DNA of 64,000 bases from Octopus sinensis (Eukaryota). Shown piece by piece: positions 26,341 through 39,623 of this stretch; the stretch's first letter is position 1; each line of letters begins with the position of its first letter. The stretch spans positions 98,456,001 to 98,520,000 of the forward strand of contig NC_043001.1 of assembly GCF_006345805.1 (NCBI RefSeq). The letters run 5' to 3'. Both the position numbers and the translations under genes were made by a program. The notes beneath the pieces are model-generated. The model was given only the letters and a program-made list of their open reading frames with translations, searched no databases and had not been told where the DNA came from.

Positions 26341-26644
26341 ATGTCTGGATGTATCGATTCTCTAAAAGAAAAAAAATTGGACATTGATTTTATATTTCAG
26401 ATCTGTGATGCCAATATTGGGTTTCATAGTTCTGCTTTAATGGAAGGATTTCGATTATACAAAGTGGCAGCTACATGTTAAGGAAACTTGAAGTTTATTT
26501 TAGGAGTTCATTGGTTGAGTGATTATTCCAGTTTCTGGAAAATTAACTAGGTAAGACACTATTCTGTTGAGGGTAAATTTCTGAGAATATTACTTTTAAT
26601 GGTGCCATCTTTCTTTAGCTAATCCAATGATTTGATGGGAAATA

Positions 26645-27054
26645 CACAATCATCATCATTGTTCGACTGTGGTCGAGACAATGGAATTTACTATGTTACG
26701 CCAGACTTCACGGTCTATCATAGCATTACGGAGGTCCTGTTGCTGGATGCCTGTATCCCTGGAGATTACATCAGGGTAGGAGAGTGTGCGCCCTCTGGTA
26801 TCGCGAGCAGATGGCTTCCAGAGGAGAAGAGTAGAAATTAACTCGTTTTCAGCTCTACAACAATGTCCAGCAAACTGGACTCTTCTACCTTTCACAAGAG
26901 ATGATACAGGTAGTAGTTTCCCATATATTTGTACTTTGGTTGGATGACGCTTCCACGAGAGATTTTGAGCTCCCATAAGGAGGCGAGTGTAAGTTCCATC
27001 CAACCGCCTCTCAAGCTTCTTTGATAACGTCCAGGTTTCTGAGCCATATAGTAG
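26645..27054 (-). mobile_element. RTE-clade LINE 3' end
   Basis: YGSETWTLSKKLERRLDGTYTRLL...RRVQFAGHCCRA...RGRTLSYPDVISRDTG...REVWR*, followed by a short (GAT)n tail. Confidence 0.88.
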
Positions 27055-27218
27055 AAATACACAAACACACGCATGCACACATGTTACTGGTGAAGTGTAA
27101 ACTTTCTTGATATCGTATACCATTTTTGAATGCTTTCTGACATTTCGGACAAATACTTTCTTGGTGGGGAGTGAGCCAAGTTTTTCATCGCCCTTAGTCT
27201 ATGTGAGAGTGAGCAGCG
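27055..27218 (-). repeat. Right arm of the inverted repeat pair
   Basis: See 25064-25231. Confidence 0.85.
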
Positions 27219-27629
27219 AATATCCGCAACAAATTGGTTGCCCGAGGAATCGAGAGTAACAAGTTCTTCACAGAAACACGACATAAGACATAACGAGGGT
27301 TAAAACTGACAATCCATAAACTGGTACTCTTAGTACAATATCTCCTTTGCCATTTCACCTTTCTACAAGGATTGAAGGAGAGAGTCTTAAGGTAGTCTCC
27401 TGATATGCTAGATATAGCTGTGAAATTCTCTTCAAACCACATCCTACCGTATTAAAAAAAAGATGCGTAGGATTATATGTGCTTATGAACTCTGCACACG
27501 ACTTTTTTATACGGTTGCGATATCAGGCAGGAACTGTCTTAAAGTATTTTGCAGTTGTTTGATATGTCTTGTATTACCTTGATCTTGATGTCTACGTCTT
27601 TTGTAGCGAGGACTTAACTGGATATGGAA

Positions 27630-28420
27630 CACTAAACACTCGGTCATCTATCAAAAACATGCCTCTCCCAACTAGAAAGATGTACCTGGAATGTCTTATT
27701 CAAAATGATGGAAATGTGATCAAACATATGCGCTGTAAAGCGAACCACCACATAAAATACAATGATGATGCACCTTCATGTAAAAAGTTTAGTTTTAAAA
27801 TATGCAATATTCTGTCACAATTTAAAGAGTGAGAAAAATTCGAAGCAGATCACATCGACACGACAAAGAAGCTCATATCAAAGAATTATGGAAAAAAAAA
27901 TTCGAAATTCAACTACATTCAGACATAATATTACTAATGTTATAAAAATAAATACATAAAGAAAGCAAAAATCTCTACGCACAAAAGCAATGACATCCAC
28001 TAAAGAAAAGTTCTTTTGATGAGCATAGCTAAAACATAAAACTGCAAGCGTCAATACATACAATGCAATCAATTGAGAAGCCAAGAAATTAAGAAATTTA
28101 CAGATAGAAGGAAGTTGCTTAGTCAGACGACAGCCGTACATCACAATGAAAAGCCACAAAACTAACTTCTTAGCAGACATCAAATGCAAATTTATGAATC
28201 CAACGGCAATGAGTTAGAAGGAGTGATAAAAATATCGACAGTTTGAACAATGTGAAGAACAAAAAGGCGAACAAATTCACACAACTCTACCTGTCAAACG
28301 GAAAACCCACTTCTAATAAGAGCACTGAACATTGCAAAAAGATTTACCACCATTAGCAATCAATGGATAAGCTTTTTCAACACGAGAAAAGTCGTCCTAT
28401 TTTTAGCATATTACCCAAGC
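27630..28420 (+). mobile_element. Decayed PLE reverse-transcriptase N-terminal region
   Basis: SIKNMPLPTRKMYLECLI...IKHMRCKA and RQPYITMKSHKTNFLADIKCKFMNP resemble the PLE RT motifs KNIP..RMRWKA and YITLKDHK..CRLINP. Confidence 0.55.
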
Positions 28421-28531
28421 TAAAGAAAGAAAACGAACATCTTCAAACCTAAGCACAGGATGCCGCCGTGGTGTAGAGCAAAGTGTTGTAATATACGGTA
28501 CATATATAAGAAAATTAAGGCAATGAATCCA

Positions 28532-28625
<94 letters not shown>

Positions 28626-28662
28626 ACGCTTTCTCGCTCATTTTATCCATACACATACATAC

Positions 28663-28703
<41 letters not shown>

Positions 28704-28833
28704 TACGCACACGCACACAAGCACATTCATGTGTCACACCACCAGACCATACACCACCATACCACACAACACCACATCACACCACATCACATTACCACGC
28801 ACACACTAGCCCTGACCACTTCCCAGCCCCATA

Positions 28834-28943
28834 CCAACCGGGTTCAGTCCCACTGCGTCTACTTTGGGCAAGTGTCTTCTGCTATAGCCTCGGGCCGAAC
28901 TTGTAAGTGGATTTGGTAGACAGAAATTGAAAGAAGCCCGTCG

Positions 28944-28981
<38 letters not shown>

Positions 28982-29266
28982 CGTATGTATATATATGTAT
29001 ATATATGTATATATACATACGTATATGTATATATACGTATGTATGTATGTGTGTATATGTTTGTGTGGCTATGTTTGCCCCTCCAACATCACTTGACAGC
29101 CGATGCTGGTGTATTTACGTCCCCGTAACATAGCGGTTCGACAAAAGTGACCGATTGAATAAGTACTAGGCTTACAAAGAATAGGTCCTGGGGTCGATTT
29201 GCTCTAATAAAACCGGTGCCCCAGCATGGCCGCAGGGAAATGACTGAAACAAGTAAAATTAAAAGA
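28834..29266 (+). mobile_element. SINE B
   Basis: Partial head, internal microsatellite and tail. Confidence 0.82.
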
Positions 29267-30489
29267 TACTTAACCGGTTTCACTGTGTCTGATTTTTCAC
29301 ACGTGTAAATTTTGAGGATTATGGATAAACGTCACAATCTGTATTGCTTCATATATATGTATATATATATATATATATACACAAATACCAACATGTACCT
29401 ATATGCTTACATAGATACGCACACACATCCACGTCATGCACATATCATATGATGATAAGCGTAGATTAAATGTACTTCGTATTAGGTTAATTATACTTAA
29501 GCCAACACAGAATTATTTATATATATTTCTTCTATTTGCTCAGTGAGTGAAATATTTTATATTTTATTTATGATAAATCGTTATTTTCTCATTCCTTCTC
29601 AGATTTGAGAATTTTTATTCTTTTCTGAATTTTCAATTTTTGTTTCATAGATAGATGCTTTATTATTTTCAATTCTCTTAGATACGAAGGTAATAAATTA
29701 GAAAGGTGAATGTAATTTATTCTACCGTGTATTTACTTTACTAATGACATTTTAATGACATTTTATAATGACATGTTATTATATACGGTTTAATTTTTCA
29801 TATTCTATTCGTTTGCAATTTTATTTTTTCTGTTGACTGAAAGGAAATTGAATATTTTGTTATTAGCATTTATATATTTTGGCAATGGATTAATGGAATC
29901 TACAGAGAATGAGACAAAATGTTTTACCCTATTTAATTACAGCTCTTGATGTTCCCGAGCTCAAAATCCATCAAAGTCGGCAATAACTCTTGATTCTTAA
30001 TCAAACTATATAGTTTTGAATGTTAGAGAATAGCTCAGTTAAGTAATACCGCTTGCTCTTCAGAGATGGCAGCTATGAAAAAAAATACGGATTATTAGCC
30101 GACTATACATACATATATATATATAGAGAGAGGGAGTGGGCGGAATTCACAAAAAAACAAACAAAAGACAAAGACAGTTGGTGTAGACTGTATTAGTATA
30201 ACGCTCGGGAAGTGAAAAAGTCTTTAACGTTTCGAGCCTACGCTCTTCGACAGAAAAGAACACAGAAAGAAACAAGGAGAGAAAATAAAGAGTGTGTAGT
30301 GGCTAGCGATATATATATCCACTGTTAATATTAGCGACAGAAGCAGTATTAGTCTAAATTAGCATTCTGTATATCATATTAAATGCAGATATACTATGAA
30401 AAACATGGAAACATCGGTATTTACTACGGGGAAGCACCTCGTATAGACGTATAAAATTAAAAACAGAATATATATATATATAATATATA

Positions 30490-30780
30490 TATCACCGTGA
30501 TCACCGTGACCGACCAGGCTATCAGATGCTGCTACACATCGCTGGTCACAATGCGCTTCGCATTGTTTTAGCCTTGTTTAAGCGAGCAGACCAACAGAAG
30601 AAAGAGAGAAAGTTGTGGCGAAAGAGTACAGCAGGGATAGCCACAACCCCCTACCGGAGCCTCGTGGAGCTTTAGGTGCTTTCGCTCAAAAAACACTCAC
30701 AACGCCCGGTCTGGGAATCGAAACCGCGATCCTACGACCGCGAGTCCGCTGCCCTAACCACTGGGCCATTGCGCCTCCAC
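30490..30780 (-). mobile_element. SINE D variant
   Basis: Reverse homologue of 52825-53137. Confidence 0.82.
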
Positions 30781-30805
30781 GCACGCACGCACACACACAC
30801 ACACA

Positions 30806-30870
<65 letters not shown>

Positions 30871-31676
30871 CATACAGCAATCAAAAAGTGTCTAGAAGCA
30901 GAAGTGGAATTGTTAATACACATTTCTGCATCTTTAAGCGTCATCAGTAGCACCACCCACATACACACAGACAACCGCACACGTATGTGAGTGGGAGTGT
31001 GTGTATGTACAAAAACGTATTAGTGGAGGTACTTAGAAATTCTGGATTGGCATCTGGTGGGTTAGTAGATTGGTATCTTGGCTGTGAGGTACCTCTTTGC
31101 TTTTATTAAAAGACATCTCTAGAAAGAGGTTCTCTGATGGTAAAGTCTGTCGAGTGAAAAAACGGTGTCGACTGTTTTGGAGATCTTGAACGTCAGCTGA
31201 AGACGTGGCATCCTCACACTCTCAAGCCGGTGAGCGTCTTTGGCACCCGCTGTCTTGCTTCGGCTTGTCCAAGGATAATGCCAGTAGAGTGGTTCTGCAA
31301 GGCTATTGACGGCGCTGTTCTTTGAATAATCAAAGATGACCTACAGCGCTTATAAATGAACAACCATCACACAAACACACACACACAACACACACACACA
31401 CACACGCACCACCCCACACACATATACACATATACATACGTATATATGCATGTATGTATATAAATGTCTGTGTGTGTATGTGTGTACACACTCACACACA
31501 CATATGCATACATATATAAACGTATACATACATAAACGTTCGTTTCTATGTGAAGTTATATATATATATAAAATACACACATATGCACACACACACACAC
31601 ACACACAACACACATATATATATATATATTTTTTCTAGTTTCAGCCCAGAGCTGCGGCCATGCTGATGCACCGCCG

Positions 31677-31727
<51 letters not shown>

Positions 31728-31794
31728 GATATACATACATATACACACAGATGTATATATATACACACACACACACACTATTCAGTTTTTTCTA

Positions 31795-31947
31795 CGATGA
31801 TGACGACGACTATGTTGATTATGATAATGACGAAGATGATGACTATGATGACGATGATGATGATAATGATGATGATGCCGATTCTGATGATGATGATGAT
31901 TCTGATGATGATGATGATGATGATGACCACGATGGTAATGATGACCA
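31795..31947. repeat. Degenerate (GAT)n microsatellite
   Basis: Directly visible. Confidence 0.9.
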
Positions 31948-32473
31948 TGTAAAGCTTCAAGAATGAAAGTGTCGATTCACTGGAATATATTATTTAAAAA
32001 AAAAATCAATATCGTGTAGGCCTAGTGAAATATAATATGATCAGTAACGGCTGTCATAAACAATAAGGAGGAAATATTGGGAGGGGCTGGAGGAGAAGAG
32101 GGAGTAGGGTGTAATGGGTATAAAAATACAGAAGCATTCAAAGGGGAATAATTTGGCAAATGAAAACTGTTGTGCTTAGTTTAAAGGAACGGTTTTATAT
32201 ATACATATATGTCTTTCTCTTCTCTCTCTCCTTATCCTTCTGTGTGTGTGTGTGTGTCTCTGTGTGTGTCTGTGTGTGTTGTGTCTCTATATATATATCT
32301 GTCTTTATATGTGTAGATGTGTGTGTCTGTGTGTGTTCATGCGTGCGTGTATATATTATATATATATCTTTCTATCTCACTATACAGTATACATACATAA
32401 ATATACATCTACATACATACACACAACATATATATATTTATATAAACACACACACACACTATATATTAGTATA

Positions 32474-32527
<54 letters not shown>

Positions 32528-32763
32528 TATATATATATATACAATATAAATATATCCTTATACGCACATATGCTTACGTACAACAAGTAATATATTACTA
32601 TTTACGATTTTTAAATATAAATTATATATATAAGACATTTGTTAGGCGCATCAAGAACGAACAGAAAGTTTTCTCAAAAGACAAACTCGTTTGGGTGTTT
32701 TATATACCTGCATATGTCTTATAATATATATATCACATATATATATATATAATATATTATACA

Positions 32764-32807
<44 letters not shown>

Positions 32808-32808
32808 A

Positions 32809-32847
<39 letters not shown>

Positions 32848-32850
32848 TAC

Positions 32851-32940
32851 TAGTAGAAACAACACAGCGACTTATGGTCCGAGGTTTCTGTGCCAACGCA
32901 CGAAACTACCGGACCTTGAGTCACTCTGTTGGTTCTGCTA
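32851..32940 (+). ncRNA. Candidate pre-miRNA-like hairpin
   Basis: Long imperfect stem of ~40 bp with G-U pairs and a CAAC loop at 32894-32897. Not matched to any family I recognise. Confidence 0.35.
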
Positions 32941-33834
32941 AATATTAATAAAATACGCATATATAAACTCGTAGTTGAGTTCTAATTTTCCTGTTCGCAC
33001 CAACATACACACCCATACACACATATATACATGTCTCATAAAATTTCTCTCTCCCTCTCTGTATCTGTATATATGTATTCGTGTGAGTGTGTGTGTATTT
33101 ACACGCACAACACATATATCTGTGTATATATTTACACTCATACATATACGTATATACACAAACATATCTTTATGTACATAAGCATATATGTATTATATAT
33201 ATATGCATATACATACATACAACAACATACTACATACATACATACATACATACATACGTACATACATACATACATACATACATACATACATACATAGACA
33301 CACACACATATGTATATCATATAAAATTGAAAATGGAACATGGAATGATTGACGAAAAACGACAAGACAAATGGACATTGAAATCCTCTCATCGGCCATA
33401 TGGACCAGAGTCATCAACGTTTCGATGCATTTAGAGAATATTCATATATCACTATGCCCTAGTGATATAGGGAATATCACTGAGGTGATGGACACACAAA
33501 GAGTTAAAAGTGAAGAACAAAAATGTACATGAGAGACAGAAAATTACGAGCACAAACAAACAATGAATATATATAAAGACGTATGCATGTGTATATAAAT
33601 ATACATAGCACAATAATGTAACAGTTTTCAGAGAAATAAGGGAAAAAGCAAACAGCCACGAGTGGTAGTGCGAAAGGAAAGAAGGAACTAAGGTCTTATA
33701 CAGTTGGAAAAAAAGGACAGGGCTGAGAAAGGAAGCTTGCTTTTACGAAATTTTGAAATGAAACAAGGGTAAGTGTGAAGAATTTTTGGATCAACCTTCA
33801 GTGGTGGTGCTGATTATATATATATTATATATAT

Positions 33835-33938
<104 letters not shown>

Positions 33939-33944
33939 AATAAT

Positions 33945-34200
33945 AGGGAGTATAACTCCAAACTTACAGGGAAAAATTCAATTTAGTATTAAATCGAATT
34001 TCACAATATGAATATATAAGATATAAATTATAAATTAGAGTACGTAGTTTTTTTTTTACTTATAAATTGATCATTCATTTTTGTACTTTTTGAGATCTAG
34101 TTATATGTTTTATAAAAATATATATTATTTGTTTGTTTATGTTTTGGTTTATGTCTATCACTGTTTGAGCTGCATAATAGTGGTTTTATCTCTAATTTAT

Positions 34201-34205
<5 letters not shown>
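33945..34205. mobile_element. PLE-like terminal repeat with internal inversion
   Basis: Forward part matches 13320-13400, and 34075-34205 is the reverse of ~13400-13525. Confidence 0.55.
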
Positions 34206-34237
<32 letters not shown>

Positions 34238-34287
34238 AGAAGCCTGGAATTCTAGTACATGCGCACGCAAATCAAACACTGTGAATA

Positions 34288-34514
34288 GCGGCGAGCTGGC
34301 AGAAACGTTAGCACGCCGGGCGAAATGCTTAGCGGTATTTCGTCTGCATTACGTTGTGAGTTCAAATTACGCCGAGGTCGACTTTGCCTTTCATCCTTTC
34401 GGGGTCGATAAATTAAGTACCAGTACGCACTGGGGTCGATTGTAATCGATTAATACCTTGTGTTGTCCTTGTTTGTCCCCTCTGTGTTTAGCCCTTGTGG
34501 GTAATAAAGAAATA
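34288..34514 (+). mobile_element. Full-length SINE A
   Basis: Near consensus. Confidence 0.9.
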
Positions 34515-34516
34515 GG

Positions 34517-34985
34517 GGTATATCAACATCCGATAGTCTGGTCGATATCCTGACGAGATCCACTGGAAGGATAACCCTGAAGTCAAAGAATTAAGAACTC
34601 GCAGTATAGTAAAAGCCATACACCACTCATAATAGGAAAGAATACTGGTAGAATGTTCAGTGAAAACCGCGATAAAACATAAACATAACAGACGAGACAT
34701 TGATTTAGGACCGAGAAGAGAAACTAGGTACATTGGAAGAAATCAGCCACCCAGATGATCTTAATATGAACTGAAGATCAGCGAAAACGAATATCCTATG
34801 CTGACTATGCTGAACTATTGAGAATTTACAGTTAGTCTACCTAGATTACAAGTTCAGGTTTATACCTCTCAAATCCAGAAAGGAGAAAGGTGATTCGAAG
34901 ACCACAGATCCAGGCCATCATTGGAACTGAAAAAATTCTTGGTTAGAAACTGGTTGTTTATCTATTGGCAAGAAATCTTGAAAAA
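34517..34985 (+). mobile_element. Decayed RLE LINE 3' fragment (same family as 8290-8700)
   Basis: Remnants KTAIKHKHNRRDI, ISHPDDLN, YKFRFIP and KVIRRPQIQAIIGT. Confidence 0.6.
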
Positions 34986-35403
34986 AAATTGAATAATGAT
35001 ATTCATACACTTTTGACATCATAAGGATTTTATAAGCATTCGAGAGAACGTCAAATAATTTGTTTAGAATAGTGGATGTCGTATCACATAAGGCTATAAA
35101 TAATGGCATGTAAATATTGCGTTGACAACTCTTTTTGAATAGAAAAACCCTACGGCTAGCCTTCAACTTTTCTATATAAAAGTGTTTGTCAACCCAATTA
35201 CCCATACTCACATGCTTTGTGTTCCGAGCTCCACTATTCCACAAAAGAAATATACATACATACATACATACATACATACATACATACATACATACATCAT
35301 ACATACATACATACATACATGCATTAACCCATACAGACATACATACAATCCTATATATATATACATACCTATATATTATAATATATATATATATATATAT
35401 ATA

Positions 35404-35450
<47 letters not shown>

Positions 35451-35589
35451 TAATATTAAATTAGAGTAAAAATCCACTATTAGGCAAATCAAACAATGAA
35501 AAACTTAAGTCAATACATAAAATTAATTTATATTATTTTAAATATTATCAAAAGTATTTAAAAGTTTATAAAAGATAATGAGTACAACA

Positions 35590-35662
35590 ACAACTACGAT
35601 CGTTTCATGGCTGTCCAATTCGTAATAATTCGAGTTATGGTTACAGTCAATCTTCAGGTAAT
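35590..35662 (-). ncRNA. Minimal type I hammerhead ribozyme motif (PLE type)
   Basis: CTGAAGA, then a 44-nt stem II (TGACTGT/ACAGCCA), then GAAAC-GATC-GT-A. Stem III is palindromic (ACGATCGT, 35596-35603) and stem I is very short. Confidence 0.55.
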
Positions 35663-36480
35663 TGAAATATCAGACTCTATATTCAATAAACCATTAAATA
35701 TTTATTAAAAATATATTTAGTAATAAAATGAACAACTATATAAATCTAACTATAATTAAAAACAGAACCTAAATAACTAAAATAAACTAATATAATAAGT
35801 ACTACAAATCACCTGCTATATTTAGAATACTATTACATAAAACAACAAATAGGGAGCTAATTAAGGCTAAGAAATATTCATTATTTATCAAGAAATTTAT
35901 TATATAAGTAGATGAGATAAGAACGCAAAACATCCGGCCAACTCGGCCAGACTGCTCGCTCCTTCTTTCTGGGTCTGACCGTGGTTCGTGCAACATCGAT
36001 ATTCATCCCTGTGTTTGCGAAACTTTTTTATCTCTGCCGTAAGGCTTCATTTCCACACATGCCAGTTTAATTCAATTCGTCCTTAGTCGAAAGAAACCTG
36101 TTGTTATGTCCTGTTATTATTTTTACTGTATTTTTTTTATTGTATTTATATTTGTGTAACATTGTCCGTTCTTTCCGTCCTTGTTTTTGTATACATTCGA
36201 TGCTTTCTTTAAAGGAATATAATGCTCTTAGCTTGGTTTTTCCTTGGGGCAGGCCAGATTGGAGCAATCTCAAAAATAATCAGCCGAAATTGCGAGAATA
36301 AACTGGTTCCTGACTGAAGATAGAAAACTTCGAATGATCCACTCTTGTTTTCTTTGTATCATCTATCTGAATGTTTTGTTGTCCCTTTTTGTATCACCTA
36401 GTTGTCCGGATGTTTTGCGTTCTTGTCCCATTTTGTATTTTATTAAAAAATTATCCATGTTTCAGAAAGTTAACACACAC

Positions 36481-36521
<41 letters not shown>

Positions 36522-36722
36522 ATACATACACATATAAATATCATCATTTAACGTCCGTTTTCCATGCTGGTATACGTTGGACGGTTTGACAAGGGCCAAA
36601 AAAGCCAAAGAGTACGTCTGGCACCCGTCTGGTCTGGCATGGTTTTTGTGGCTGGATGCCCTTCTAACGCCACCACTTTTCAGCGTGGACTGGATGCTTT
36701 TACTGACCCCACCAAGACGTTG

Positions 36723-36759
<37 letters not shown>

Positions 36760-37087
36760 CTTATAAAATGAATAGGGGTTGTAAATTCAACCCTCCATGG
36801 GATAACATATATCCAATATACTGCTAGAGAAGTACCCAACAAAGCTAATACATAAATGTTAAAAATTGCGATGCAATTAATTCATTTACTGTATTATGTG
36901 GGCAACGGTAAAATTATTTTTACCGTAATTAATAATACAAAATGAGAAAATGGAGAAATATATCTAAATCAATCATCAACTATCAGATAATACCGAATCA
37001 ATAGTTTTAGTAAACACTACACAATAGCAATGATATTATACATTAATATAATACAAATATAACAACATAGAAATACATTTACAATGT

Positions 37088-37203
37088 AGCTACAGCTGTT
37101 TCGGCCATGAAGACAGGTATGTCCTCATTTAACCTATTAGCCATATAATGCAGGTATAAATGAGACATTAACACAAGAATATCTTACGGCCTCTTCAGAG
37201 ATT
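37088..37203 (-). ncRNA. Hammerhead ribozyme motif with extended stem II (left arm)
   Basis: CTGAAGA-GGCCGTAAGA...TCTTCATGGCC-GAAAC-AGCT-GT-A. The core is intact, stem III is palindromic (ACAGCTGT) and stem I is weak. Confidence 0.6.
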
Positions 37204-37784
37204 TTAATGCAAGTATGAGTACAAATCCTAAATAATTTACATATAAATATAAATATGTGTGCATCATACTCATATTCTTACATATATTATATATATATAT
37301 ACACAATAATACAATATAAACAATATAGACAATATACATCAACAAACACAATAATGTTCCATATTGAACTCCACAGCTCCTCAGCCAACATCAAGAAACC
37401 ACAACAGATACACTCACACTCAATGCAGGCATATATATTAAAACAGTCCAATATATTAAAATGTGTCATTCACAAAAAGTCAATAAAGTTAATACCACCA
37501 CCACGGTACCATCCAATGCAAGCGGACATCCGCATTTTAATATATTGGACTGTTTAATATATATGCCTGCATTGAGTGTGAGTGTGTCTGTTTTGTTTCT
37601 TGATGTTGGTTGAGGAGCTGTGGAGTTCAATATGGAACATTATTGTTTTTGTTGATGTATATTGATCTATATGTTTATATTGTATTATTGGTGTATATAT
37701 ATATGTAAGAATATGAGTATGTATGCACACATATTTATATTTATATGTAAATTATTTAGGATTTGTACTCATACTTGCATTAAA

Positions 37785-37895
37785 ATCTCTGAAGAGGCCG
37801 TAAGATTTCTTGTTAATGTCTCATTTATACCTCATTATATGGCTAATAGGTTAATGAGACATACCTTTCTTCATGGCCGAACAGCTGTCAGCTAC
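37785..37895 (+). ncRNA. Hammerhead motif copy (right arm), core defective
   Basis: Same motif, but GAAAC is reduced to GAAC. Confidence 0.45.
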
Positions 37896-38046
37896 ATTGT
37901 AATGTATTTCTATGTCTTGTTATATTTGTATTATATTAATGTATAATATCATTGGCTATTGTGTAGTGTTTTTAATAAAGTATTGATTCGGTATTATCTG
38001 ATAGTTGATGATTGATTTAGATATATTTCTCCATTTTCTCATTTTG

Positions 38047-38081
<35 letters not shown>

Positions 38082-38137
38082 GATATATATATAATATATA
38101 TTATATATATATATATATATAGATATATATATATATG

Positions 38138-38188
<51 letters not shown>

Positions 38189-38794
38189 TATACGTATATA
38201 TATATTATATATGCATATATTCACATACACATACATGTACACATATACATCACACACACACACACACACACCACATATATATATACATATATACACACAT
38301 ACATACCTACACACACACATACACACACACATATATACACACGCATACACACATTATACTCTGTTTTAAATAGACTGAAAGGTAGCCTGTCCTTAACGTG
38401 GCTGTTTATTATACTAGAAGTAGCCGTTATTAAACATACAAAACACGTACTATTCTGGTCACCTAATATGCCGCAAAAAGGGAGAAAGTCATCTGTAGTG
38501 TATTACGTGGCGAGATTAGCTGATAGCACCTGAAAACAAAAACGAGGAAAAAAAAGAAACACTGCGAGGTGAAGGGGGAGGGAATTTCCGAGTAGCAAGT
38601 TGGTTGGGAACCTGGAGCCCAACAAAATGTTCCAATTGGGCCTTGCCCCTCCCAAGGCCCGCCCTGGTAAGTATATGTTTCTTTTGCGTGTGTCCATGTC
38701 TAAGCGCGTATCTTCTTTCTTTTCTGTCATCTATATGTGTGCGTATTGAAGGGGATAACACTCTTCAGGGTACTTATAACAATAATAATGGTTA

Positions 38795-39153
38795 CGAATT
38801 TTGACACAAAGCCAGAAATTTCCGAGAAAAGGGTCAGTTACATCGACCCCCGCGAGCTGGCAGAATCGTTAGCACGCCGGGCGAAATGCGTAGCCGTATT
38901 TCGTCTGCCGTTACATTCTGAGCTCAAATTCCGCCGTGGTCAACTTTGCCTTTCATCCTTTCAAGGTCGATTAATAAGTACCAGTACGCACTGGGTCGAT
39001 ATACTCGACTTAATCTGTGTTTAGCACCCTTGTGGGTAGTAAAGAAATAGGCATTTCATCTGACGTTACGTTCTGAGTTCAAATTTCGTCGAGGTCGACT
39101 TTGCTTTTCATCCTTTCGGGGTCGATTTAAATAAGTACCAGTTACGCACTGGG
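38795..39153 (+). mobile_element. SINE A dimer truncated by the gap
   Basis: Junction GAAATA|GGCATTTCATCTG at 39049/39050. Confidence 0.82.
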
Positions 39154-39253
39154 NNNNNNNNNNNNNNNNNNNNNNNNNNNNNNNNNNNNNNNNNNNNNNN
39201 NNNNNNNNNNNNNNNNNNNNNNNNNNNNNNNNNNNNNNNNNNNNNNNNNNNNN
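39154..39253. other. Assembly gap (100 N)
   Basis: Run of N flanked on both sides by SINE A sequence. Confidence 1.
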
Positions 39254-39623
39254 CAGACAAACGGATTAAGTCGATTATATCGAGCCCAGGGCGTAACTGG
39301 TACTTATTTAATCGACCCCGAAAGGATGAAAGGCAAAAGACACAGACAGAATAAGTACTCGGCTTACTACAGCGAATAAGTCCCGGGAGGGTTGATTTCT
39401 TCAACTAATATCCTTTAAGGTGACGCTCCAGCATGGCTGTAATCAAATAAATGACTGAAACAAGTAAAAAAGAGTTTAAAAAAAAAAAGAGTATACGTTT
39501 CAAATGAGACTTACCATCAGATTTGAGAGAGTAGCATTAGGCAAATGGTAAGCAAATAGCTCTATTTGATCCGCAGTAGGATGTAGACCAGCTTGCTGCA
39601 ATAGAAACAAAAAACAATATAAA

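Larger units (their letters stand above)
36935..38049. repeat. Long palindrome: arms 36935-37463 and 37533-38049, spacer ~69 bp
   Basis: The arms are high-identity reverse complements over ~520 bp. Confidence 0.92.

Noticed and set aside
31751-31966. Acidic poly-Asp ORF
   Set aside because: Degenerate GAT microsatellite with an ATG supplied by an upstream TA/TG tract.
34548-34580. CTGACGAGATCC...GGAT hammerhead-like start
   Set aside because: No GAAA follows, and it lies within the decayed RLE coding remnant.
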